This document shows, in pieces, positions 1-14,774 of a stretch of DNA of 64,000 bases; position 1 is the first letter of the stretch, and every line of letters starts with the position of its first letter. The notes beneath the pieces were generated by a model. It had not been told where the DNA came from, did not search any database, and saw only the letters and a list, made by a program, of their open reading frames with translations. The translations under genes were made by a program, and so were the position numbers. The stretch spans positions 13,516,001-13,580,000 of the forward strand of contig CM022675.1 in the NCBI GenBank assembly GCA_012295275.1, given 5' to 3'. The stretch comes from Chrysomallon squamiferum (taxonomy: Eukaryota > Animalia > Mollusca).

Positions 1-435
1 AATTTCAACTTAGGCAAACAACGCTACCGTCTTTAAATAAGTCATCGTTAATTTCGACACTGCGCGCGCAAAAGGATTAAAAGTGGCTCAGTCTGTTGGT
101 TACGAAATGTCAGAATTCAGAAAGCAAAAAAAGAAACGTACATACGGACGGACTAACGCGCCAAGAAAGAAGACAGAAAAGGAGAGATGAAAGGAATTAC
201 GAATCTGTTAAGTAAGAAGTGTTACGTGCATTAAAGTGGTGCGTTACACGTCAAAGTTAGAAAGCAAAAGAGACAGAGAGACGGACGGACTAACTCCCTC
301 CAGACAAAGAAAACGAAAAACACCCATGCAAATGAAAAAGAAAAAAGTTAACAATCAGATAAGCCTCTACAGAATGGTTACCTGTGACACAGTGTTGAGT
401 TACACGACACTTAATGTAAGATTCCTTCTTGCCCT

Positions 436-503
436 TTGCTGTTGTTGTTGTTGTTGTTATTTTTTATTATTATTATTGCTATTATTACTATTATTATTAT
501 TCC

Positions 504-575
<72 letters not shown>

Positions 576-578
576 CGC

Positions 579-651
<73 letters not shown>

Positions 652-728
652 TTTATTATAATTATTATTGCTATTCTTATTATTAATATTATGATTATTA
701 CTATTTCAATTATTGTTATTTTTATTAC

Positions 729-759
<31 letters not shown>

Positions 760-800
760 ATTATTATTATTATTATTTCAATTATAGTTATTATTATTAC

Positions 801-832
<32 letters not shown>
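436..832. repeat. Compound trinucleotide microsatellite (TTG)n-(ATT)n-(TAG)n
   Basis: Directly visible long ATT run with TTG and TAG flanks; accounts for the poly-L/Y/I ORFs at 236-924. Confidence 0.97.
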
Positions 833-1092
833 TTGCTGTTCTTGTTCTCCTTGTTGTTATTGTTGTTTTAACCTTTACGTTATGTTATATATTTTTCTCA
901 GAGTTATTATATACGGAGAGATAACTTAAAGTCAAAACATAAATGTATTAATATAATTCTACATCGTTAAAAACTAGGTTAATATTCCGGTCAATACAAG
1001 TTTATAACACTCGACTATAAAATTACAGATATACTCTGACTATTATATTAGTCTCGTAATAAAAGGTTATAGATAAAATAGAGTATTAACGT

Positions 1093-1123
1093 CATTATTA
1101 TTATTATTATTATTATTATTACT

Positions 1124-1154
<31 letters not shown>

Positions 1155-1183
1155 TTATTATTATTATTATTATTATTATTTTT

Positions 1184-1217
<34 letters not shown>

Positions 1218-1406
1218 TTATTTTTTTATTACGTTTTATTAGAAGTCATACGGTATTGTCTTAGTAAATTACTACTACTACTACTGCTACTATTACTGCT
1301 GCTAATAACAACAACAACAATAACAGTAATAACAGAAACATAATAATAATAATAATAATAATAGTAATAACAATAATAATAATAATATAATAATAATAAT
1401 AATAAC

Positions 1407-1445
<39 letters not shown>

Positions 1446-1470
1446 GTAATAACAATAATAATAATAATAT
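1093..1470. repeat. Compound microsatellite: (TTA)/(TTC)/(TTG) followed by opposite-orientation (CTA)/(CAA)/(TAA)
   Basis: Visible runs; orientation flips across a short unique spacer near 1240-1265. Confidence 0.93.
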
Positions 1471-4400
1471 ACTCGTTCTTTAGGAATGCGTGGGACTTTG
1501 TAATTTATAGTTCAGCGGGTAAAAAGAGAAAATTAGCTTTCTCTTCTCTTAAGGCGAAATTTAAAGAAAGTAATTATATTTAAGAAAGAAATAAATTCAA
1601 AGAACAATTTAGTGTGGTATTTTCTTTGACATTGTTTATCGTCTTTTTTTATTATTACTATTATTTTGAAGAGTTTTACTGAAAAGTTTTGAATAATGAA
1701 CAATATATGTCATATTTTTTGTATTATTTTTGTAAGAGTAGTTAATAGGGAGAACAAAACAAAAATGGAAATTACATGCCCACGCGCGACTTGCAAATAC
1801 ACACAGAGATATAAATGGACAGAGTAATAAAAAGCTAAAAAATCCTTATTAGATTTACATCGACGAACAAACAAACAAACAAACAAACAAACAAACAAAT
1901 AATCAAATAAATATATAAATAAAATTATATTCAAAGAAAGAAAACAGAAAAATCACATAAAATGTCACTAATCTTTCGTTAAAAAGTAAATTACTTATGT
2001 TTTGGTGTATCGGGGTGGGGCGGGGGGATAGACTCAGCCTGTGTAGAATTAGCCAAACATTGTCTTGTATTAAAGAAAACTGCGAACTAAATGGCTTCTT
2101 GTAGCCTGGCAAATTGCTGTTTTCACACAGTAAACAACCATCAATGTTTTCCAAAATCGCTTTCCATTCTGAGAAAATCTGAGAAATCTATGATTTACTT
2201 TTCATACAATGACGCCACTGTAATGGAAGCGATCTGGCGGGAAACAACGTCATGATATATGGCGGCAAAACAAGGGCCGTGCTGAAGAACCGACATAGCC
2301 TGGCGTCTCCGATACACGTCACGAGTTAAAAGACAACGTCATAAAACGCTTTGTAAACCGCACAACGCTCGGGGTAACGCGTATAAAGCTTGGTAGTGGT
2401 GAGCAATTCGTCCAGGCTGGGTTTTAACGGTTCTTTCGTAGCCCGAAATGGTGATAAGCCTTGGATTGTTGGAGAAATAATTTGTCAATTTGTTTCTGAT
2501 TGATTTACGCCCCATAAAAACGGAGATCACGGCGATTATATCAAACATTTATACCCATATCAAACAGAACGCGGTAATAGGCCACCTCGGCAAGGCGTTC
2601 CAGATTTAGACCGATCTTATCAAGAAAATTGCAAATTACTTAATCTGAGGTTTTCTTTAATGAACCATACATCAAGTGGAGATAATTGCATTACCGCGCT
2701 GACCGATTAAGTGTCTGGCACGTGCATCCGTCCCTCCGTCCGACCGTCCCTCCGTCCGACCGTCCCTCCATCCATCTGTTCATTCGTCCTTCCATCCTTA
2801 ACCCATAAGCCCATCTGTTTATTAATGGATATCGATCTTGTTCATCCATTTCTCCGTTTATGCTTATTAGTGCATTCATCCGTTCATTCATACGTCTATC
2901 AGTTCATTCATCCTTCCATCATTAACACATAAGTACGTCCTTTCATCTGTCTGTTTGTTCACATGTTTGTCAGTTCGTCCAGTCCATGACAACAACAACA
3001 ACGACAACGACAAAATGTTCCAGATTGTTTTTGTTCCAGACTATTTTCACCTTCAAGCGATAATTCTGTTAGAACGGTAAATAACACTGATATAGAAATT
3101 GCTCGAGTATTTCTCATTTCGTTGGTATGAAACATTTCCGTTGAAAACTTCTGAAGATAAATCTGCATGAAAATATCGCTCTGGTGAACTGGTAAATTTC
3201 GAAAATAATAAAACCAAAATAAAAAATGTAAGTGAATTATTCTGTGAATTTTGTTTCTCCTGGATAATGAAAACACAAAACATCGGTTTGCATGAAAAAA
3301 TGTTCTCCCTCTATCCATCCTTTAATCCTTCGTATTATTTAACCATCGAAAATTGAAAAAAAAAAAAAAAAAAAAACAGTTCATCTATACAAACAGTAAA
3401 AACAATCGTTTCATTTCTTCAACCATTTGTTATCAGTTAAAAAGTAAAGATTGCTCTATTTTACTAGAAGACCATCAAAAGAAGAAGAAGACGAAGAAGA
3501 AGAAGAAGAAAAAGAATTAAAGCAAGAAAATGAAACAAATAAACAAAATAAAATAAAACAAAATAAACAATAAATAAATAAATAAGATAAATAAATTAAT
3601 TAATTAATAAAACAAAGAAACAACCAAACAGACAATTAAAAAAATAAACAAATAAAATAAAATAAAATAAAACATTTTTAAAACTCTACATCCATACTTT
3701 TTTTTTTTTTTTTCTTTTTTGTTTTCAAACTGATCGTCAAGCACACTACTTATTAATTAACAGCCAAGAGTTAATCATCTTTAAAAGAAGTGGAGACCTT
3801 AATTTACTGCGCGCGCCAATCTCGTCTGCTATTAAGGAATCGGCGTCTGCCAACTTCGTTTGTTTAAACGCAGAAGTCAGATTTGTAGCAGCAGATAACA
3901 TTAGAATTGATCGGAGTCGTTGTGTTAGCAGTCGCACATATAAATCGCGGAATTTACTGTTGTGTTAGTATTCCTGTACAAATTACTTGGGCTATGAATA
4001 AGAAAAAAAAGGAAAAAAAAGAGGAGAGAAAGAGAAAAGAAGACGGGTAATCTTGTTGCAAAACCGTTTTCGTCAAGTTTATGACTGAAAAAAAAAAGAA
4101 ATCGAAGGCGATGCAAAATGGTCGAGTTATTTGTAAGAGAAATTGCTGCCGGTTTCTATCACACCATTGAGAATTTTTATTTTTATTTTTTTATTTTTTT
4201 ATTTTTCCCTCGATTTCGTTGTCAGACAGTAAAAAATGCGTAATATGGAAATGAATTTTGTAATTATCTTTTTTATTGCTTTTCGTATATTTTCGTGCAT
4301 TTCCGACGTTTTTCGTCATCATTGTATGAAGAGGTATTTCATTTTATTTCATTTTTATTTTGTATTTTAGTTTCTTTCCCTCATTTTTATTTTATCATCT

Positions 4401-4635
4401 TCTTAATTTAGTTTTGTTCGTTGTTTATATATATATAAAATAAATAAATAAATAAATAAAACGTCGGAAATCAAGAACCTTTTAATCTGTCCATATTTCA
4501 GTCTTTACATTTATCTGTTATCATTTATCTATATATCTATGTGCGTGTGTGTGTGTGTCTCAGTGTGTGTATCTGTGTGTGCAGCTGTCTACTCATTTAT
4601 TTCCCTACCTGGTTATCATTTATCACTCCATCCAC

Positions 4636-4784
<149 letters not shown>

Positions 4785-5235
4785 CCCCCCCGTCACCTCA
4801 CACATCTTTCTGGTCTGCGGTCCGGTCTGTAATGAAAACAGTAGTTAATGCCCTTGTTTTCTCGAAACGAGTTGTTAACTCGTACTGCACGCTGGATCGA
4901 TACGTTCCGATACACGACTCTATTTTTAACTCCCGCAGCCCCTAAATTAGTCATCTTAGTAAGACAAATAGAACACGACTACGACGGCGACGCGGTTCAA
5001 GCTGGCGCCTGGCTAAACGATGCTGCATGAATTAATTAAGCCAGGGAGAGACTGTGGTAAAGCTGATGTGGGAGTTGTTGTGATGTGTGGGTTGTCGCTG
5101 ATGAACGTGCGGGGGGTGGGTGGGTAGAAGGACGAGTTGGGACTGGGACAAAAGATGATGTGGTTGGGGCTCGTTGCGATGATGTTGCAAGGGATGCTGG
5201 CGTTGTTAGTATATGGTTTCACAGGAGTTAATTGT

Positions 5236-5338
<103 letters not shown>

Positions 5339-6359
5339 CATCTATATATCTATATATCTCTGTCTCTTTATTCTTCTGGGTCTGTCTCTCCTGTCTCTCA
5401 CTTTCTCTCTAACAACCTCCTTCTTTCTATCTCTCTCATCATCTTTCTTTGTTTGTCTGCCGTTTTTGTCCGTCTCTGTCTCTTCCTATCCGACACCCCT
5501 TTCCCTTCCGTCCAATGTTTTATTTTCTCTCCCATATTATTATTATTATTTTCATTTCTTTTTCTTTTTTTTTTTTTTTTTTTTTTCCAATTACTAACGC
5601 AGTCATCTCGTGGAAGTCACAGACAAATAAAACTTCACGTTAAGCCATTTCTCACGATGACCGAGATAAAAACCAGTGTTAGCGCGCGTGCAGCCAGTGC
5701 TCTCCCTTCGTGACGCGCGGAATTATGGGAGATGATGGCTTCCGATAACATTTCGATTAGCTGCCGCGAGCAACTGTCGGATCTGAACGATTTGATTCCT
5801 GGCTTGATAAGAGAAAAAAAGTAAAAAGAGAAGATTAGAAAATAAAAAGATATAAAAAGAGAGTATTTGATCAAGCGCACATCATTTTGTCGTGGCAGAT
5901 AAAAGTAGGGTTTTGATGGCAATCCCAGTGATTCCGTTTGCTCGAAGCGTTTGTTATCTCCAGCGTTTATGAAGTGGAAAAAAAAAAAAAAAAAACTACA
6001 AAAAAAAGAGAGTTAATAATATGTGTTTTTGTGGATGTGTGTTACGTATAAGATTTATAAGTGTATCTCTGTGTGTGTTTGTGAATCATGTGCGTATAAG
6101 TGAGAGTTCTGCGTTTTGAGTGTTTATTTTTATGTGTTTGTCCGTGTGTGTGTGTGAGAGAGTGTGCATATGTGTTTGGACCTGTTTACGTGTGTGTGTT
6201 TGTATATCTGTGTATATATGTGTGTGTCGGTCAGTCTGTGCGTATATGTATTTGTATGTCTGTGAGTAAGTGTTTGTGAGTCATTTAAATACAGAACATA
6301 CACAGACAGACAGACTGACAGATAGACAAACAGAGAAAAGGACATATAATGATAAAAGT

Positions 6360-6605
6360 ATTAGTAGTTATACTATTAGTCGTGGTAATAGTAACAGTAG
6401 TAATAATAGTAATGATAGTAGTAGCAGCAGTAGTAGTAGTAGTAGCAGTAGTAGTACTAGTGGTAGTTGCGGTAGTAATGGTAGTTGTAGTAGTAGTGCT
6501 GGTGACGTAGTTGTAGTACTACTACTTGATGAGGAGTAATAGTAGTATTATTAGTAGTAGCAGCAGTTATTGTTGTTGTTGTAGTTGTTGTCGTTATTGT
6601 GGCAG
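6360..6605. repeat. Degenerate (TAG)/(CAG)/(TTG) trinucleotide block
   Basis: Visible agt/tag periodicity. Confidence 0.9.
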
Positions 6606-8221
6606 CAGTCTAATGTAAACAAATAACTGTTTCCATATTACAAGATTTAAAAACAGTATTTCCTTCCCCCCAAGATTATCACGAAATCTCCCGACGTTCT
6701 CCGAAAAAATCCGAAGCAGTGAGTGATCACTGGCACAGAGTAGGTAGCACATCGTCTGTTTGTATTTCTGTGATGGCCGCTATCGCTAATGCGATAAAAC
6801 AGCGTCTGAGTCGACTATTAAAAGTAAAAAGGCGTGTAATTGATTAAGTATAAAACCAGGAAAGAAGAAATGCTTTGAAAATTAAACCCTCTTGGGAGAT
6901 ATCAGGAAAGTGCATGCTAAGATTGTGTTGACAGTCGAATGGAAACGAAAGACAGCGATTTCTTTTTTTTTTTTTCTTCTTGATAAGACGTATTATATCT
7001 TCTTTTTGCTTTATTATTCTTATTTCTTTTCTTTTTTTTTTCCTTTTTTTTTTTTTTTTTTTTTTTTCTTTTTTTTTTTTTTTTATTATTATTTTTTTTT
7101 TTTTTTTTTTCATTTCTGAATGTTTACAAGGCTTAAAAAAAAAAAAAAAGGTGCCAGACATTTAAATGATTATTAGTCTAGCGTAAATGTAATATGCAGT
7201 TTTTATCAATCCCAAGTCAAAAAGATGGATGAATTATGTCACTGTTGTTGTTGTTATTATCAACATAATTATCGATGTTGTCGTCATCATCATCATTATC
7301 ATTATTATTCATTTTATTATTACCACTACCACGTCTGCTCCTACAACGTTTGCTACTACCACTGCTACTACTACTACTACTACTGCTGCTACTACTACTA
7401 CTACTACTAGTACTATACTACTACTACTACTAGTACTAAAAGGCATAACAATCAACGGTAGATTTCTTTTTATCTTTTCTTTCTTCTGAACATATAACTT
7501 TCTAAAATTTCCTGTGACTAAAGGAATAAGGAGGAGAAAGAGGAGAAGGAGCTGGAACAGGAGAAGCTGAAAGAGATGGAGCAAGAGTAGGAGAAAGAGA
7601 ATTAGAAAAGAAGAAGATGAAAAAAAGAAACATTTACGACCTCAGTCACGGTCAGACGGTATTCGTACACAACGACAACACGTAGTAGTGAGTTATATCT
7701 CGTATCTCACACACATTCAGACTCTGCCTGCACGAGCTAAAAGCACGTGCCAACTAACAAAATAAAACGGACATGATATTTTCTTTATCAGCGTTACATT
7801 TTATACATCCTTGAGTTATTTAAGAAATCTCTATCCGTTTTCTCTATCAGTTATTTCGGCTCCGGATTCGTGTGCAATCAACGATTTACGGTTTTATATC
7901 TACCAAGGGGAATTAAGCGGCGGGAAAAGTGGTCGGACTGCGCATGTTTACCTGTCTGCTTCAAGGAGCAAAATGTACTAAATCATCTACGTTCGTGTTT
8001 TATTGTGGGCGAGATAAGTAAGTGTATTTAAACAGCTGTAATTTTAGGAATGTTTTATTTGTAATTACAAATGTCAGAAGTTGAAAATAGATAAGAATGA
8101 CGTTGTCCTGAATGTTGGATAAAGTTTATATCAGAGGAGACGAAATGTCACAGTGTTTGTACTTTTACTCTTCGTCAAGTGATTCAGTTTGAAAAAAAAA
8201 AAAAAAAAAAAAAATAATAAT

Positions 8222-8253
<32 letters not shown>

Positions 8254-8610
8254 AAACAAAAACAACAATAATAAGAGCAAGAATAATAATAACAGCAGTA
8301 ATACTAACAATAGTAATAAATGTCTTAGTTTCTTTCAGAACGTCCAATTCTTTAATGGGTGTTTTTTTTTTTTATAATCAGTGTTAGTGTGTTAGTATGT
8401 TAGAAAGACGTTTGGGGGGATAAACGTCTCGCGTTTTTTTTTTTTTTTTTTTTTTTTTTCAATCCATGCACCTAATGGAATTCGATCTCTGTGTGTCATG
8501 AGTCTAAAAGCTTAACTGAATCTGACTGCATCCGCGTTTGATACGACTCCATCACAATATACTGAGAAACAAAAACAACATAAAAACACAATAATAATAA
8601 TAACAATAAC

Positions 8611-8654
<44 letters not shown>

Positions 8655-8801
8655 GAAGAAGAAGAAGAAGAAGAACAACAACAACAACAACAAAGAAGTT
8701 GAAGAAAAAGAAAGGAAGCGTAAATAAAAATAAATTAAAATAATACGCAACAGAACGTTCCATCGTTATTAATTTTTCTTTGATGTCTGCCGATCTCGAT
8801 G

Positions 8802-8832
<31 letters not shown>

Positions 8833-10555
8833 AATTACTGCTATTCTGTTCGCGACTGTAAAAGTATTTTTGACACAAACAAGCTCTAAGTTATCACAAA
8901 ATATATTATTTTCGTTGAAAATTATATTCCTGGGAGAAAATCTTGAGAAGAACAGCATTTCCTAAGACAACTAATGGCGCCATTGTGGTTTTAGAAGAAA
9001 ACAAAAACCGTGGGTTCTAGGAAGTAGAAAAATTCCCAACAGACTTGTCATGCAGATGCTTAAATAGGAATAAAATAAAATGAAATAAAATGAAATAAAA
9101 TAAGAATGAAATAAAATGAAATAAAATAAGAATGAATTAGAAAAGGTAAATAAAATGAAGTTATTATCTAAGTATTTATTTATTTACTTACTTACTTAAT
9201 TATTTTTGTTTTATGTTTGTGTTCGTGTGTTTTTTTTTTTCATTTCTCTTGCATTTTTTAAATTTTGAATTTGTTTTACTCTTTGATTCGTTTCGTTTCA
9301 TCTTCCTTTCACATTTTGGATTTATCGTCAAACATTAACACTGTAAGGTCTCAGTTCGAAGAAAAAAGAAGTAAGTAATAACTATAATAAAAAAATAAAT
9401 AAATAAATAATAATGAAAAAGTAAATAAAAGACAAAACAGAAAAAAACCCAAAAAAAAACCCATATAAATAAAAAAATGAAAAAAATAATAAATAAAATA
9501 AAATAAAATAAAATAAAATAAAATAACTCAACAATGAAACAAGCAAAGAAACAAAGAGGAAAATGTAGCAGAAAGAAAATAATTAATTGAAAAGACGAGA
9601 GAACATTAATAATTAATAATGCATCCATCGCTGTTTAATCTGTACTACCCGGCCTTACATTCCTCCCTGGACCGGAGCACCATCAATTCTTCTTCTGTTT
9701 TATTTAGCAACGGCACAAAACGAAATAATCCGGCCTCTCGACTCTGTTCAAACACATTCTTTATGATTTATGAGTCTGGCGAGTCTCAAACTTAGATTAA
9801 AAACTTGTCTGCTCGTCCGACCTGAATAATATATAAATATTTCACCACCACACGGGGGTTCGAAGCATTAGTTACAAAAAAAAAAAAAAAAAAAAAAAAA
9901 ATGTAAACGTAATCGATAGACGTGTAAATAAATATGACGTCATATAGCGTACAGACACAAGTATTACTAATCAGTTTGGATGAATATATATGTATATATA
10001 TATATATAGGAAAAAACAAGAAGAACAAATAAATAAATAAATAAAATATCGACTCGTTATTTAAACACTTTAACTTCAACTTTCTGGCATGTACCGATGC
10101 GCAAACCCACTGCAAAGACGATTAGACATAATGACGTAACAAGAACGCCAGACAAAATATATTACGTCTGCTGAAGCTGTGACAGGGAGACTGTAATCTT
10201 GTTTACCTTCTCACAAACTGAAACGTTTCACAGACCGATCTGTTGTTTCAACGTGCACAACGAGACACTGTGAAATTATAATTTATTAACGTTTGTGTTC
10301 CCTGCGAAAAATAATTCTCTTATTTCGTTATCGGACACAATTTTCATTTTTAAAATTTCTTTTTTTAAAGATAATCGTGATTACCATTCTTGACAAATTT
10401 ACGACCTTTGTTTCAGTTTTAATAATGTTTTACTTTGTGCTGTTAAAAGACAAATTGTGAAAAATACGGTCACTTTTAAATACAGTCATTTTCAGAATGC
10501 CTAACATGTAAATTTTCTAAAACATCTTAACTGCAGCTCTTTCACTTTGTCCAAT

Positions 10556-10940
<385 letters not shown>

Positions 10941-12607
10941 GAACAACCAGAAACTAAAAAAACAACGTAGCAGTATTTTTGTTATCACTCAGAATTAACC
11001 TCTATCTCATACATCACACATGCCAGACAACTTAATCTTCTTGTCAATCGCAGAGAAATTATCGCAGTTTGGGAATTTAAAATCTTGTAGGAAATCCAAT
11101 AGTTTATACTTGTACCGTTTACACACACAGATATAAACAGACGTAAATCTGAGAGATACCGAGACAGAGCGAGTAAACGAGGAAGGGAGGGAGAGGGCAG
11201 GGAGGGTGTGAGAGACGGAGGAGGGCAGATGGTGAGGGGGGAAGGAAGAAGAGAGATTGGCAGATACAGAGACAGAGAAAAAGATATATTGAGCAGTAGG
11301 TGTAAAAAGAGTGAGAGAAAGAGAGAGGAAGGAAGGAAGGACAAAAACCCCAAATAAAACAGTGATTGAGAGAGGGAGAGAGAGAGAGAATGGCAAAAAA
11401 GAAATGAAGAGATCCAAAAGAAACAGAAACAACGATACAGATGAAACAACAAACAAACAAATAAATAATCAAATAAATAAATAAACAAATAAAAAATCAG
11501 AGAACTGTGGAGAAACAGGATCAGATAAAAACGTTTGAAGCCGTTTGACCTTATTACAGACGTCAAGGGTCGACCCGACCTCCAAGCTGTGCGCCGTTGC
11601 ATCCAGTAACTGACGTATAATTAGCCAATGAATATTCATTAAGCGGCAGTCTCGCTAATCCTCGGCGGTTTTGCAAGGAAAACCTCGAAGTTTATTATGA
11701 CGACTATTAGACCTGGTATAACATTACTGATAACAGCCGTTAACCCATTTAACTGGCTGTTGATGGAGAGATGGATGGACGAACGGATAAACGGACGGAT
11801 AAACGGACGAATTATTTAGCTGACTTATGGCACAGATGGATGGATAACCTTTTTTATATATAACGCCATTTTTATGTTAATATAACTGTCACTGACTTCA
11901 AAATGTATTTAAAAGTTATTTATTTCAAACAGTGTGTGTGTGTGTGTTTATTTATATACGTGACTGGTTCTTGAAAAATGTTAAATTCTGGGTAGTTTTA
12001 TCTCAGTCTAAAATCTGTTTACTTTCTCAGGAATATCCTTCACAGAACCCCCGACAACTGACGTCAGTATACTGTCGTGTTTTGGTTAGTATGTTAATTA
12101 TATATATTAATATAAAAATAACGAAATTAATTATAATTAAAAGTGATTAACTGAAAATAAATACTTCGTTCCGTTTCTCTATAGTCCAAACGTCTAAACA
12201 AAAAGAAAAAAAAAGAAAAATGAGAAAGAAAAAACAATAATACAGCTGTCAATCAACGATGACGTCATGTCTACTGAAAAGTGACGTAAAGATAATGACG
12301 TTATTTCCTTTCCCAGTTAAATTTAAAACAAAACTCATTTTTATTCGTTAATTTTTTTTTTTTTTGACGCGACACCTGTTGTTTTTGGCTAACTTGTGGT
12401 TCGTCTGCAGGCACAGACGACAATAACTGTCCCCCCCCCCGAACAAAAAAGCAAGAAAAGAAAATGAAAACAGTTCATTTTGCCCGAAACATTTATTAGC
12501 TTATTTTTGTAAAACTCTTGATGTCTGGTAGACGAGAAGCCATATTTGAAAATCTGATTTAGATAAAATAAATCTAAATATAGTATTTGAAAAACAAAAT
12601 AAAACAA

Positions 12608-12649
<42 letters not shown>

Positions 12650-13479
12650 CCAATAAAAAATATATAAAATACACAACAAAACCAAGAGCAAACGCACCAC
12701 ACAAAAACAAAACAGATATGAATGAATGAATGAATAAATAAATAAATAAATAAATAAATTCATTTAGATATACATACATTCATACATACATAATACATAC
12801 ATACATACACACATACACAGACAAGTATGCACAAACATGTATATACATAATGTACATACATACATACATATGTACATTCACACATACACACATACTTTTA
12901 ATACATACACACATACATAAAAAGAAGAAAAGAAGAAAAATATAGACGAAAACGAAGAACTGAACGAAAGAAAAAAGGAAGATGCACTGTCACTGTTGTT
13001 GTTGTTGTTGTTGTTGTGTTAATGTTGTGAAGATGATGTTGACAATAACTGTGATGGTTATTAATCATATTTTCTAAGTTTTCATAAAAATAATGTCTTT
13101 GGGATTAAAAACGGTGTACGGGAGATAACTCCAATTAATTTGTTTTCCGTTGTTTCTCTCTCGACACTTTCATTTTTCCCCCAAAGGCAAACAAGTCGGA
13201 GATGTTCGGGTTATTAAAAACACAGAACAGGAAGACACGAAGTCTGGCAGTGGGCGGTGTCTGCAACACGAGGTTCACGTGCACCAGAAGCAGGAGGAAG
13301 AAAACGTCGTTAAACGGTTTGTCTAAATTAAAAGTGATTAGAAAGAAACTGGGTCATTTCCAGGTCCAAATATAACTCTACAGCTGATTATTCTAAAAGT
13401 GCATATATCGGGGAAGCGAAATAATTGTTGTTGTTGTTTATGTTGTTGTTATTGTCATCATCATTATCATCAGTAGTAA

Positions 13480-13512
<33 letters not shown>

Positions 13513-13520
13513 ACGTAGCC

Positions 13521-13567
<47 letters not shown>

Positions 13568-14319
13568 TTGTAGTAGCAGAAGTTTTAGTACTGTCAATAG
13601 TAGTAGTAGCAAAAACAGAAATTGTCACCATCGTCATAGTTGTATTAGTAATCGAAGTAATAATTGCATCTGTATACCAGTAGCAGCATCAGTAGTAGTT
13701 TTCGGCGTAGAAGTAGAAGTAGTATTAGTAGCAGTCGTAGCTGCTGTTGTTGCCCTGGTTGTGGTGACAGTTATATTAGGTGGTAGTAGTAGCAGCAATA
13801 AGAGTAGGCCTGGTTGTAGTAACGCTAGCGGTATTACACTGTTGCTATGGTTACGGAGATACACGAGTTTAAATTGAAGGGGCCGTCTAGGCAACTTGTT
13901 GACTGAAACTCAGATTTGACATTTCAACTTTGACTTTTCTCTGATCATGTTTCATCTAGAATCTAGACGGACAGAATTTAATTTTAATCGTGAATGGGGG
14001 GGAGGGGGACGCGAACTGCTGACGTCTGGTACTCCAGTCAGGCAGTAATGGAGATGTATTTGTTTTCAAAAACTGATTTTCTGTAGACGTTAATGTCAGG
14101 ACCGATAACTCTATCACGCTATTTCTCTCGCAGAGCTCGTCTTAAAGCGAAATAATTGGTTTAATGTTTTCAAATCTGAAACTGTCTTCTTGTAGACTCT
14201 TGTTTGTTTCAAATATCAGTTTTCATACTGCTAGTCGTTGTCGTAGTTGTGCAATCGTTATCGTCTTCACGTATTATCATTGTCCTCTGTTTCTTCTTCT
14301 TCTTTTTCTTCTTCTTCTT

Positions 14320-14350
<31 letters not shown>

Positions 14351-14774
14351 TTATTATTATTATTATTATTGTTGTTGTTGTTGTTGTTGTTGTTATTACT
14401 ATTCTTATCATTATTACAATTACTATTGTTATTATTTGTAGTAATACTAATAGTACTAGTAGTAATAACTGTAGTAGTAGAGTAACAGTTTTAGTAATAG
14501 TAAGAGCAACAGTAAATGTAATAGTAATAATATATGTAATAGTAGCAGTAGCAGAAGTAATAAGCAATAATAATAACGACAATGTCAACAACAGTTCCAA
14601 TAATAAAAACAACAACAACAACAATAACAGCAATAATAATAATAATATTAGTAATCGTAGCAGCAGTACACAGAACTGGCTGTGATATCAGTACTAGTAG
14701 GACTAACTGTTGGTGGTGTTGTAGTAGTAGTTGTAATAGTTTCATTGATGATGTTAATTAGTAGTGGGTTTTGC

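Noticed and set aside
236-924. Overlapping ORFs of 85-162 aa (poly-L, poly-Y, poly-I)
   Set aside because: Translations of (ATT)n, which has no stop in any plus frame. The same applies to most ORFs in the track.
2012-2030. Isolated G-runs (also about 5110-5150, 13996-14010 and 22571-22593) as G-quadruplexes
   Set aside because: Short G-tracts are expected in slippage-prone DNA and have no supporting context, unlike the 19.76-kb motif.
5635-5803. Minus-strand acceptor after a long pyrimidine tract with an open frame (PGIKSFRSD...)
   Set aside because: Pyrimidine tracts are ubiquitous here because of low-complexity DNA; peptide unrecognisable and donor weak.
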